From a virus, in IMG/VR virus record IMGVR_UViG_3300033145_000192, positions 1 through 64,000 of that record: a stretch of DNA of 64,000 nt; one strand, given 5' to 3'. This document shows positions 37,916 through 46,249 of this stretch, piece by piece. Position numbers and translations under genes: made by a program. Each line of letters opens with the position of its first letter. The first letter of the stretch is position 1. The notes under the pieces were generated by a model that ran no database searches, was not told where the DNA came from, and saw only the letters and a program-made list of their open reading frames with translations.

Positions 37916-38676
37916 ATGAAGGAAACTGAAACTAAGGTTGACTGGAAGATTCTGGCTACTATCATCGCTGTTGTGGTCGCTGTGTGTTTCACAGTTGGTT
38001 CAGTCTGTATTGACAACAATGTTCGCCAAGAGCGAGTTGAGTCGATTAGGGTTGAGAAGCAGCACGAGATTGAGGTAACTAGGCAGAAGCTCATTGAGTT
38101 TGACAAGTCTCGCAAGCGTAAGATTTGGGAACGAGAAATGTCCCCGAAGGATGGCGGTAAATGAGGGATAAGAACTATCCCGTCGAAATTCCATCCTTGC
38201 CTCATATGCGTGTCGATATTAGTCCATATGGAGGTGACGTGTTGCTCATAGTGGAAAGAGGTATTCCGTGTGAATCCCATGCGGAAGTATTCTCTGCCCA
38301 TGTGACCAACTGTCCCGACCTTGAGGACATTAGAGATGCACTGAAGGGGCTGGACGCGAGCATCAAGGCCAGCTATGATAGCTTCATTGCATTAGTCAAC
38401 TCAATCCCAAAACGAGTAAGGTTCAACGAAAGAAAGTTGAGATTCAAGAATTGGGACGTTGTCAATAGAATTGGAGAAGCATACTTCAAGGAACTCGTGA
38501 TGGTCATTGCTATGGAGGGCGAGGACATCGGGATACAGAAGCATGAAGCACACATAAGGGAGATACTAGACCCAGCGGTTGAACATACCCACGACATACG
38601 AGACGCCTGCTATGGATGCGGCTCTGCTGGACGCTGTGGGACTTGTTGCCCTGAGTGTAACCCTCCAAAAGATTGA
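37916..38676 (+). other. Two hypothetical ORFs (37916-38164 membrane-anchored; 38161-38676 with Cys-rich C-terminus)
   Basis: RBS-preceded coupled ORFs. Confidence 0.55.
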
Positions 38677-38746
38677 GTCGCGTAGTGTAAGGGTAGCACG
38701 TCAGTTCGACATACTGATATTGAGAGTTCGAATCTCTCCGTGACTA
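38676..38746 (+). tRNA. tRNA-Val (GAC)
   Basis: Cloverleaf; C at position 33. Confidence 0.8.
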
Positions 38747-38748
38747 AA

Positions 38749-38821
38749 ACATATTGCCAGGGCCCATAGAGGCATCCGCCAAATGACCGTGCGGAAGTGA
38801 GTGCAAGTTTCACAATATGTT
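38749..38821 (+). pseudogene. Degenerate tRNA-like element with 11-nt anticodon-position loop
   Basis: ACATATT/AATATGT, TCCGC/GCGGA, GTGAG-TGCAAGT-TTCAC. Confidence 0.45.
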
Positions 38822-38862
38822 AGGGTGAGCCGTTCCACCGAGGTTCAGTTCACCCGGCGCTT

Positions 38863-38949
38863 GGGCGCGTAGCTCAGTCAGGTCAGAGCACTTGTCTTAC
38901 ACACAAGGGGCCGAATAGGTTTACGCAGGTTCAAATCCTGCCGTGCCCA
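38863..38949 (+). tRNA. tRNA-Val (TAC) with 17-nt variable arm
   Basis: CTTGT-CT TAC AC-ACAAG; variable region GGGCCGAATAGGTTTAC. Confidence 0.82.
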
Positions 38950-38962
38950 TAGGAGTTTGCGA

Positions 38963-39970
38963 ATGCATATGCGGGAATGTTTGACGTTCGACGATGTATC
39001 ACTTCAACCTCAGTATTCTGAGATATCTTCTAGAGAAGATGTTGTGTTGCATTGCGGCGAGGAACTCAAAAGGTTCTTAAATGTGCCGATTCTTTCGGCA
39101 AACATGAAAAGCATTACCGGCGTAAGTATGTGCCACGCTATGCAGAAGTCTGGTGGCGTGGGAGTTTTACACAGGTTCCATAAGAATGAACACTTCCTGC
39201 GCTCAGACTTGTCTGTTCTAGCAGATACCGGATGTTTCTTTATTCCATCTATCGGAGTGAATGAAACTGAGCTTTGGAAGCTAGAACACTATGCTCAGGC
39301 GGGTTGCAAAGCAATTTGCATTGACGTTGCTCACGGACACCACAAGAAGGTGTGCGAAATGATTCTCAGTGCCAGGCAGGCGATGCCTGAAGCGGTAATA
39401 ATAGCTGGGAATGTCGCCACAAAGGGAGCTACGAGACTTTTGTGTATTGCTGGGGCTGATATCATAAAGGTAGGTATCGGGCCTGGCAGTCATTGCACGA
39501 CTAGAATTGTAACTGGCCACGGGATACCGCAACTAACTGCAATCCTCGACTGTTCGCTAGAAGCGTCCTATCACGAGAAATGCACCATAGCTGATGGAGG
39601 GCTTAGAAATTCAGGAGATATGGCAAAGGCCCTAGCGGCTGGAGCTAGATACCTAATGGTTGGACGCCTGCTTGCGCCAGCTACGGAATCAAATGCAAAG
39701 CTGGTTTACAGAAACGGACGGGCATTTAAGGTCTACATGGGCAGTGCTTCGCATGAAGCGAGAAAGCGAAGTAAATACATAGAGGGTGTCCACTCAGAGG
39801 TTCCATACAACGGTCAGTCTGTTAGCGACATCATTGATGAGCTTTCCGCTGGCTTGAGAAGCTCACTCAGCTACAGTGGCACGCAGAACCTTGAAGAATT
39901 TAGGAAGCATAGAATCTTTGTTAGAATCACTCACAACAGCTACATAGAAGGAACACCACATGGACTCTGA
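38963..39970 (+). CDS. IMP dehydrogenase / GMP reductase family enzyme (no CBS domains)
   Basis: LTFDDV.L.P, IDVAHGH, AGNVAT, IKVGIGPGSHCTTR..TG.G.PQ, IADGGL..SGD..KALAAGA, Y.GSAS. Confidence 0.92.
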   Translation: MHMRECLTFDDVSLQPQYSEISSREDVVLHCGEELKRFLNVPILSANMKSITGVSMCHAMQKSGGVGVLHRFHKNEHFLRSDLSVLADTGCFFIPSIGVNETELWKLEHYAQAGCKAICIDVAHGHHKKVCEMILSARQAMPEAVIIAGNVATKGATRLLCIAGADIIKVGIGPGSHCTTRIVTGHGIPQLTAILDCSLEASYHEKCTIADGGLRNSGDMAKALAAGARYLMVGRLLAPATESNAKLVYRNGRAFKVYMGSASHEARKRSKYIEGVHSEVPYNGQSVSDIIDELSAGLRSSLSYSGTQNLEEFRKHRIFVRITHNSYIEGTPHGL

Positions 39971-40111
39971 CATTGAAGTGAACCTGACTATGGACAATGA
40001 AGGAAACCTTGTAGTTGAGTTCGATGGAGAAGTTGCAGCAAAGTGGTCTAAGAAAGACATGCAGCTTGTCTGGGTAAATCCAGCTTACATGGGTAACTGG
40101 AGAGAAGCGAA

Positions 40112-40549
40112 GTGAGCGAAGCCAGTAAACATAGCGCAATGTCACGAACTAAGCCGAGTGCGCCATTCACATGGCTCGCCAAACATGGAGAACTCGTAGG
40201 ACGAATTTTGGATTACGGATGCGGATACGGCATGGACGTTAAGTCTTTCGGCGTAGAGGGCTACGACCCAAATTGGGACGTTCCTCTTCCAGACGGAGAC
40301 TTCGATACCATCGTATGCAACTACGTCCTGAATGTTGTCGATGAAGACGAGCAGAAAGAAATACTGACACACATTAAATCATTGCTATCAGCCGTAGGTA
40401 GAGCGTTTATTGTCGCAAGACGTGACCTTAAGGTCGAAGGCCAAGATGGACGCAAGGGCTATAAGCAGCGAATGGTCTATCTTCCATTCGAAAAGGTTCA
40501 TCATACTTCTGGATATCAAATCTACAGGATGCATAAACATGACATTTGA
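40112..40549 (+). CDS. Class I SAM-dependent methyltransferase
   Basis: ILDYGCGYG, YDP, FDTIVCNYVLNV. Confidence 0.82.
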   Translation: MSEASKHSAMSRTKPSAPFTWLAKHGELVGRILDYGCGYGMDVKSFGVEGYDPNWDVPLPDGDFDTIVCNYVLNVVDEDEQKEILTHIKSLLSAVGRAFIVARRDLKVEGQDGRKGYKQRMVYLPFEKVHHTSGYQIYRMHKHDI

Positions 40550-40694
40550 TGAATTCTACGAAGACAATAAAGAGCGACTAACTACACATATGACGCAATC
40601 GAAGTTGCGAGTCGCCTTTGAGGCTGGTGTCGAAGAAGGACTAAAGCAAGCTGAAACTGAAGAGTTGGATAAGCTGAAAAACGGAGAAAATTAA

Positions 40695-40767
40695 CCCGGA
40701 TTGGTGTCAATGGTAGCACGCTTGGCTGTGGACCAGGAGGTGTGAGGTTCAATTCCTCCATCCGGGA
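40695..40767 (+). tRNA. tRNA-His (GTG), A73, no genomic G-1
   Basis: CTTGG-CT GTG GA-CCAGG. Confidence 0.82.
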
Positions 40768-40779
40768 TAGAGGTGTAAC

Positions 40780-41424
40780 ATGAAAACATATCCGTCAATA
40801 GAGTCTGCAAATTGTGCCAACAAGAGCATAAGCATCATAGCCTTTGACAAGCTAGATGGGTCGAATATCCGTGCCGAATGGAGCGCCAAGCGGGGCTTCT
40901 ACAAATTCGGAACAAGACGAAGGATGATTGACCACACTGACCCTCACCTTGGCCGAGCCGTATTGCTAATCAAAGCTAAGTTCGAGAAAGACTTGGACAA
41001 GGTTTTTCGTCGCGCAAAGCCCATACAACGATTTCAGAAAGGCGCAGTTTGCTTCTTTGAGTTCTTCGGTCCTAGGAGTTTTGCTGGGCAACATGCAAAA
41101 GATGACGAGCACGACATTGTTCTCATTGATGTTGCACCAAACAAGGCTGGACTGATACCTCCAAGAGAGTTCATCAAACTGTTCGGCCATTTGCACATCC
41201 CAGAGATTGTATACGAGGGGCGAGCCGGAAAAGAATTCATTGAGAAAGTTCAGCGTGGCGAGCTTAAAGGCATGACGTTTGAAGGCGTTGTGTGTAAGGC
41301 TCCCAATCCCAATAGGAAAAAGACATCCCAGCCAGTGATGTTCAAGGTAAAGTCTCACGCCTGGCTTGAGCGACTCCGAACATTCTGTGCCGATGACGCA
41401 AAACAGTTTGAGAGATTAGCATGA
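40780..41424 (+). CDS. RNA ligase-like nucleotidyltransferase (adenylation domain only)
   Basis: FDKLDGSNIR, FFEFFG, VLIDV, EGVVCK, MFKVK. Confidence 0.75.
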   Translation: MKTYPSIESANCANKSISIIAFDKLDGSNIRAEWSAKRGFYKFGTRRRMIDHTDPHLGRAVLLIKAKFEKDLDKVFRRAKPIQRFQKGAVCFFEFFGPRSFAGQHAKDDEHDIVLIDVAPNKAGLIPPREFIKLFGHLHIPEIVYEGRAGKEFIEKVQRGELKGMTFEGVVCKAPNPNRKKTSQPVMFKVKSHAWLERLRTFCADDAKQFERLA

Positions 41425-41648
41425 AAGAGAACCCATTGCCGTGTCCGCGTTGTAACTCCAAGATGGAAGAGTTGTCTATCCCAGGAAACATGCGCAGCTT
41501 CCCTTCAGTAGCCTTGGCGTGCATTAGCAAGGATTGTCTTTGGAACATCCAAGTGACATATGACGAACTAGCTGGTAAGCGTCCAGAAGACGTAATGGAG
41601 AAACTGATAAAGCAATGGAATGAAGGCATCAACGCAAAATAGAGACAA

Positions 41649-41722
41649 GTCCACGTAGCCCAATTGGCAGAGGCATCACGCTGAGGGCGTGAAGGTTGGT
41701 GGTTCGAATCCACTCGTGGACA
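41649..41722 (+). tRNA. tRNA-Leu (GAG), short variable loop
   Basis: TCACG-CT GAG GG-CGTGA, variable region AGGTT. Confidence 0.83.
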
Positions 41723-41831
41723 TAGCAACTAGAAGGTGAACCATGACAACTTTTATCGTTTCGTTTGTGCTATTCTTTGCCGTATATCAAGTTGGATTTT
41801 GGTTCGGCAAGCAGCAGGAAAGATACTATTC

Positions 41832-41904
41832 GGGGGATTAGCTCAGTTGGGAGAGCGTCTGAATGGCATTCAGAAGGCCAAGGGTTCAAGTCCCTTATCC
41901 TCCA
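41832..41904 (+). tRNA. tRNA-Ala (GGC)
   Basis: Cloverleaf, G3:U70. Confidence 0.9.
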
Positions 41905-41921
41905 TTGAGAAAGGACATAGC

Positions 41922-42287
41922 ATGAGAAAAACTAGAGTCGGAGATATGGTTTGGGTCCAAAACGAAGCTAGGACCATAACTCGCTTGTTTCAAAATAAGC
42001 ATGGTGGTGGTATAGTAGAGTGGGAATCCAGACATAACATGGGCGCATGTATGGCGTCAATCTGGCAAGAATGGGTCGATGGAGTTGACCTAGAAGAAAA
42101 CAGAGCACGAGCCGCATGTGTTTGCACAAAGAACTTCATCGTGGAAATAATCCGCCCAACGCGGAGTCACTTCGAAGCTGTTGCTGCAAGGATACCGCTC
42201 AAGGCAGTTACAAAGGCAGAAGCACTTGAGAAGGTGCGGAAAAAGTATCCCAACGAGAAACTAAGAGTCTTCTACGCAAGGCGATAG
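41922..42287 (+). CDS. Hypothetical protein
   Basis: ORF with AAGGA RBS. Confidence 0.55.
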   Translation: MRKTRVGDMVWVQNEARTITRLFQNKHGGGIVEWESRHNMGACMASIWQEWVDGVDLEENRARAACVCTKNFIVEIIRPTRSHFEAVAARIPLKAVTKAEALEKVRKKYPNEKLRVFYARR

Positions 42288-42352
42288 GCAGGCTGGAGTC
42301 TGAGGCTATCTCATAAGTAGTCATAAGATGGGTTCAATTCCCATTATCGCTA
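42280..42352 (+). tRNA. tRNA-Met or Ile2 (CAT), elongator type
   Basis: Loop CT-CAT-AA; lacks initiator features. Confidence 0.78.
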
Positions 42353-42356
42353 TCGA

Positions 42357-42430
42357 GCCCCGGTATTTCTAATTGGCAACGATGCCTGGCTTAGACCCAG
42401 GAGTTGCGGGTTCAAATCCCGCCTGGGGCA
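42357..42430 (+). tRNA. tRNA-Leu (TAG), short variable loop
   Basis: CCTGG-CT TAG AC-CCAGG, variable region AGTT. Confidence 0.8.
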
Positions 42431-42452
42431 TAACTCACACGGGAAGAGGTGA

Positions 42453-43055
42453 ATGAAACTCGTCGCCTTGTTTATACTATTGATTGCTTTATGTGGTTGT
42501 CATACTCAGCATGACTATATTGCTGGAATGTTACCAAGTAGCATTTGTAATCAACCAGAGCATAGAACAATTGAGACTGTAAAGCGGCACTACTTTGTGC
42601 CAAAGGCGTATGAGAGTATCAGAGACATCCCAGCTTTCTCTGGTCCGAATACGTTGCACTGTCAAGCACTTGGCGTGAATGGATGGACGCATATCGCATC
42701 ATTGTTCACGGGACATTTACCAGGTCGCAGGGTGGTGATAACCAACGATTCGTTTAGTGTTGGGATAACTGGAATCATCCATGAGTATATCCACCAGTTA
42801 GACGATATGGATAGAGACGGGGAGGGTGAATTCTTCGACCACGATGAACTGCCCACCGTTATTTTCCTATTGCGTCGAGACCTAGCCTGGAAGCATCTAC
42901 TAGAGTATGCTGAGGATGGTGCAGACTGGTGGGTAACTGACCTGTTTGGAATAGGCGAGAATTCGGAAATCATCGCATATCTTGCCACGAGAATGACGAC
43001 CAAAGGTGGGCCTGAGTATCTGTGGCGTTTCTTTAGAAAGACACTGAGGCATTAA
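42453..43055 (+). CDS. Putative lipoprotein with HEXXH zinc-peptidase motif
   Basis: Signal peptide ending LCGC; IIHEYIHQLD. Confidence 0.55.
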   Translation: MKLVALFILLIALCGCHTQHDYIAGMLPSSICNQPEHRTIETVKRHYFVPKAYESIRDIPAFSGPNTLHCQALGVNGWTHIASLFTGHLPGRRVVITNDSFSVGITGIIHEYIHQLDDMDRDGEGEFFDHDELPTVIFLLRRDLAWKHLLEYAEDGADWWVTDLFGIGENSEIIAYLATRMTTKGGPEYLWRFFRKTLRH

Positions 43056-43056
43056 C

Positions 43057-43545
43057 TTGAAGTATGCAAGACACAAAAGTATCTGTCTGATATCAATGTA
43101 TATTGTGGACGTTGATGCGAATATGGTCCTAGACCATCTGTTTGAAACATCTACCTCAATTCCTCCTACGGTCAAAAAGAAGGATATGATTATTGAGGAA
43201 GAGGAAGTATGTCGCCTAGACCCAGGTGGAATGCTATTCCTCGATGACCCATGGTTCCAGTTTGAGATTGAAGAACACAAGTTCGAAGTTCAACTTTCAA
43301 AGATAGGATGGGTTGTCAACAAGGTGGAAAGAGCCAAGGAGCGTATACCTGGCTGTATGCGTATTGGCATGTGGATGTGGAACATCATCTGTTCAGTGCA
43401 TCTTAGGACTGCACTCCTAGTGAAACTAAACGAGATGGCCCGTAGCGATGCGGCCCTTCACGCACAAATGGATGACTATGCCCGCAAGGCCGAAATGGAG
43501 AAAACCATTCCGATATTCTTTCCAGAGATACCGAGAGAGAAATAA
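43057..43545 (+). CDS. Hypothetical protein
   Basis: Coupled ORF; start uncertain. Confidence 0.5.
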   Translation: MKYARHKSICLISMYIVDVDANMVLDHLFETSTSIPPTVKKKDMIIEEEEVCRLDPGGMLFLDDPWFQFEIEEHKFEVQLSKIGWVVNKVERAKERIPGCMRIGMWMWNIICSVHLRTALLVKLNEMARSDAALHAQMDDYARKAEMEKTIPIFFPEIPREK

Positions 43546-43617
43546 TCCGACATAGCTCAATGGTAGAGTAGGTGGCTGTTAACCACTTGGTTCTAGGTTC
43601 GAGTCCTAGTGTCGGAG
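43546..43617 (+). tRNA. tRNA-Asn (GTT)
   Basis: Canonical cloverleaf, G73. Confidence 0.92.
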
Positions 43618-43633
43618 TTAAAGGAGTGAGGAC

Positions 43634-43843
43634 ATGCCAACGTATGACTATCGGTGTAGACACTGCCAGTTTGAATTTGATAACTTTCAGTCAATGACAT
43701 CGGAACCACTACGAACATGTCCAAACTGCAACCTAGAGATGCTTGAGCGGAAGATAGGACCAGGTGGGGCCTTCATATTTAGGGGGCCTGGGTTCTACTG
43801 TAACGACTACAAGAAAAAGAAGCGAGAGAAGAATGAACCCTGA
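43634..43843 (+). CDS. FmdB-family zinc-ribbon protein
   Basis: MPTYDYRC..C, CPNC, F.G.GFY.NDY. Confidence 0.85.
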   Translation: MPTYDYRCRHCQFEFDNFQSMTSEPLRTCPNCNLEMLERKIGPGGAFIFRGPGFYCNDYKKKKREKNEP

Positions 43844-44186
43844 GCAAGAACTTTCACTATTCAATGGTGTCATAAAGCTACTCGGCACATACTCTCACCC
43901 AAGAGATGTCATAAAGAGATTAGCATACTTCTATAAGGAAGAAACAGTGTTGTATGAGCAAGACCTCAGAATTAAGAGGCTTGTCGATGCAATGGATAGC
44001 GCGGTCAAAGAGTGGGATGTTCCACTCGGTTGTCCATCAATACGCAAAGTTGACCTAACAGAACAAGAGAAGAAGCTGATTCGCGGCAGCAAGTTCATTG
44101 CAGCTATCAAGCTGGTTCGTCAGAGAACTGGCTTCAATCTCAAAGACTCCAAGATGATAGTAGACAACTATCGCTTTGGCAGATAG
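43833..44186 (+). CDS. Hypothetical protein with C-terminal ribosomal L7/L12 CTD-like motif
   Basis: KFIAAIKLVRQRTGFNLKDSKMIVD resembles L7/L12 KI.VIK.VR..TGLGLKEAK..VE. Confidence 0.6.
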   Translation: MNPEQELSLFNGVIKLLGTYSHPRDVIKRLAYFYKEETVLYEQDLRIKRLVDAMDSAVKEWDVPLGCPSIRKVDLTEQEKKLIRGSKFIAAIKLVRQRTGFNLKDSKMIVDNYRFGR

Positions 44187-44191
44187 TCACC

Positions 44192-44275
44192 GGGCCGGTG
44201 GCGGAATTGGCAGACGCGCAGGGTTTAGGACCCTGTTCCCTTCGGGGAGTGAGGGTTCGAGTCCCTCTCGGCCCA
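44192..44275 (+). tRNA. tRNA-Leu (TAG), canonical long variable arm
   Basis: Class II cloverleaf with TTCG variable loop. Confidence 0.92.
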
Positions 44276-44500
44276 TAAGGAGAATGATATGAAGTATGCG
44301 AATGAAATCAAGTTCACAATTGCATTCCTGGTATTTGGCGTATTGTTCGCTATTGCCTGCGGAGTAGTAGGAACACTTTTGCCAGCCAGTCCAATTCAAA
44401 TCGCATTGGGCATCATAGCTGCGGCATTGGGACTACCTGGCCTAATCGGCACACTCGTTTGTCTGATGGGCTAGGCTGCAAGAACAAATAAATTCAGCCC

Positions 44501-44528
44501 TTGAATGTCAGGGGCATCGACCTATAAT
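44501..44528 (+). promoter_or_regulatory. Sigma70-like promoter
   Basis: TTGAAT-N16-TATAAT. Confidence 0.65.
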
Positions 44529-44576
44529 CTGATGGACAGGACAAAAAATTCCCCACAGGGGAGGAGAGGTATTGTT

Positions 44577-45320
44577 ATGACGAAGAAGGAAACCAAGCTC
44601 AACCAGGTTCTCGCAATCGAAAAGGGCGTCAAGGCACGCACCAGCGGAACTGTCACCAAGCTCTATCACATGGTCCAGAAGCCAGTTTTGCTGGTCGGAC
44701 TAGCGAAGAACTATCAGCCTCTAAACGAGGATGGCCAGCACTATCCACCTGAGCGTCAGAGGGTTCAGGTCAGGGCAGAGGATACTCTCAAGGATACCCG
44801 AAAGGCTCTTGCAGAGTTGTTTGATATCACAGCCAGGAAGGACTGGGCAAACTGTGAGGCTAGGGCTGCGGTCGTGGTCAATGGCCAGGAGCTTGTTTCC
44901 AACGTCCCAGTAACGTATCTGCTCTTCCTCGAAAAGCAGCTTACCGACCTTCGCACCCTAGTCTCCAAGATTCCGGTCTTGGATGGTTCCGAGGAATGGA
45001 AGATGGACCTGGCAACAGGGCTCCATAAGACAGACCCAACCAAGACTACTAGGACTCAAAAGGTCCAGAAGCCAATCGTCCTTTATGATGCGACCGAGGA
45101 GCATCCAGCACAAACTCAGCTAATCACTGAGGACATTGTTGTAGGACATTGGACCACGGTGAAGCAGTCAGGTGCGCTACAGGCCGACCGAAAGGTTGAT
45201 GTGCTTGAGCGTATTGAGACTCTGCTAGAGGCAGTCAAGTTTGCCCGTGAAACGGCGAACAGCAATGATGCGCCAAAGCAGCAGGTTGCTGACGCTTTGT
45301 TCGGATACATCTTGGGCTAA
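44577..45320 (+). CDS. Conserved-looking helical/coiled-coil protein of unknown function
   Basis: KLNQVLAIEKGVK, VPVTYLLFLEKQL.DL, VLYDATEEHPAQ, AVKFARE.AN; I recall similar proteins from bacteria and phages but did not verify this. Confidence 0.8.
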   Translation: MTKKETKLNQVLAIEKGVKARTSGTVTKLYHMVQKPVLLVGLAKNYQPLNEDGQHYPPERQRVQVRAEDTLKDTRKALAELFDITARKDWANCEARAAVVVNGQELVSNVPVTYLLFLEKQLTDLRTLVSKIPVLDGSEEWKMDLATGLHKTDPTKTTRTQKVQKPIVLYDATEEHPAQTQLITEDIVVGHWTTVKQSGALQADRKVDVLERIETLLEAVKFARETANSNDAPKQQVADALFGYILG

Positions 45321-45331
45321 GGCTCAAGTAA

Positions 45332-45403
45332 GGCTCGGTCGTCTAAATAAAAAGACTCCCCTCATAGGGAGGGGCAATGTAGGTGAAAGTCCTACCTGAG
45401 TCA
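45332..45403 (+). ncRNA. tRNA-like element (TAG at anticodon position, non-canonical loops)
   Basis: All four stems pair; A33, T loop TGAAAGT, D loop lacks GG. Confidence 0.6.
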
Positions 45404-45405
45404 TA

Positions 45406-45572
45406 AGGATAACAGACTGAATCTTAGATTTAGACTGAATGGCGATATGTCATTGGAGGTTCGAATCCTTCCCTGCCCAATACGTGGGCGGGTTCCCAAA
45501 CTGGCAAAGGGAACGGCGGTAACTAACCCGTCGTTGACAAAATATCGTGCTTTAGACTTAGCTTATTATCCT
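45406..45572 (+). ncRNA. Permuted tRNA-mimic module 1 (Y-RNA-like; long stem at variable-arm position)
   Basis: T arm 45455-71, closed acceptor CCTGCCC/GGGCGGG, D arm, hairpin 45514-33, bulged terminal stem. Confidence 0.75.
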
Positions 45573-45574
45573 AA

Positions 45575-45820
45575 GTTGAGTATCGCAGGAGGTAGCTATA
45601 TCAAATGTAACTGACAAACCAAGCCTGAGACACGGGTTCGAATCCCGTCTGGTCGATTGGACTGACAGCTTGTCTGTCGGACTGAACAGTGAGTAAGGGG
45701 AAACACACAAAACTTCCTATAACGACCGGTAGCTTAGTGGCAAAGCGTAGGTTTTCAGATTAACGCAGTTACTTAAACGTCGATAGTTACGTAATGTGCC
45801 TGTAACCAATATTGACTAAC
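45575..45820 (+). ncRNA. Permuted tRNA-mimic module 2 (YrlA-like; long stem replaces anticodon loop)
   Basis: T arm 45632-48, acceptor CTGGTCG/CGACCGG with 66-nt linker, D arm GCTT/AAGC, extended stems. Confidence 0.75.
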
Positions 45821-45874
45821 ATCATAATTGTTAAAGGGGGCGGCGAACACGGTTAGGTTTCTCGCCCCCATTTC

Positions 45875-45946
45875 GACCTTATCGTCCAACGGATAGGACA
45901 GGAGTTTCCTAAACTTCAAATCTGGGTTCGAATCCCAGTAGGGTCA
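45875..45946 (+). tRNA. tRNA-Arg (CCT)
   Basis: Cloverleaf. Confidence 0.88.
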
Positions 45947-46016
45947 TTTCAAAACTAGCTGATTGAAACCATTTGTCCTAGGCAACATTTGGAAGTAGAT
46001 GTTACGGTTTGGGAGT

Positions 46017-46087
46017 AGGGTCGTAGTGTAATAGCAACATACCCGTCGTTGAGGCGGGAGATGCGGGTGCAACTCCCGTCGAGTCTG
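46017..46087 (+). pseudogene. Atypical tRNA-Gln-like (TTG) element
   Basis: G33, T loop TGCAACT, G:G mismatch in acceptor. Confidence 0.55.
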
Positions 46088-46249
46088 TAGGAGTAATCAT
46101 GGCAATTGATATTGAGCACTGGTTTAAGAAAGTAAAGAGGTCTAAGGGACACCACGTAAGCAGAATGCAAGTTCCCCCAAATACAATGCAAGAACTCCTA
46201 GAAGAACTAAAAGCACTGAGACCGGCACCAAAGCCAGTGGAAGAAGAGT

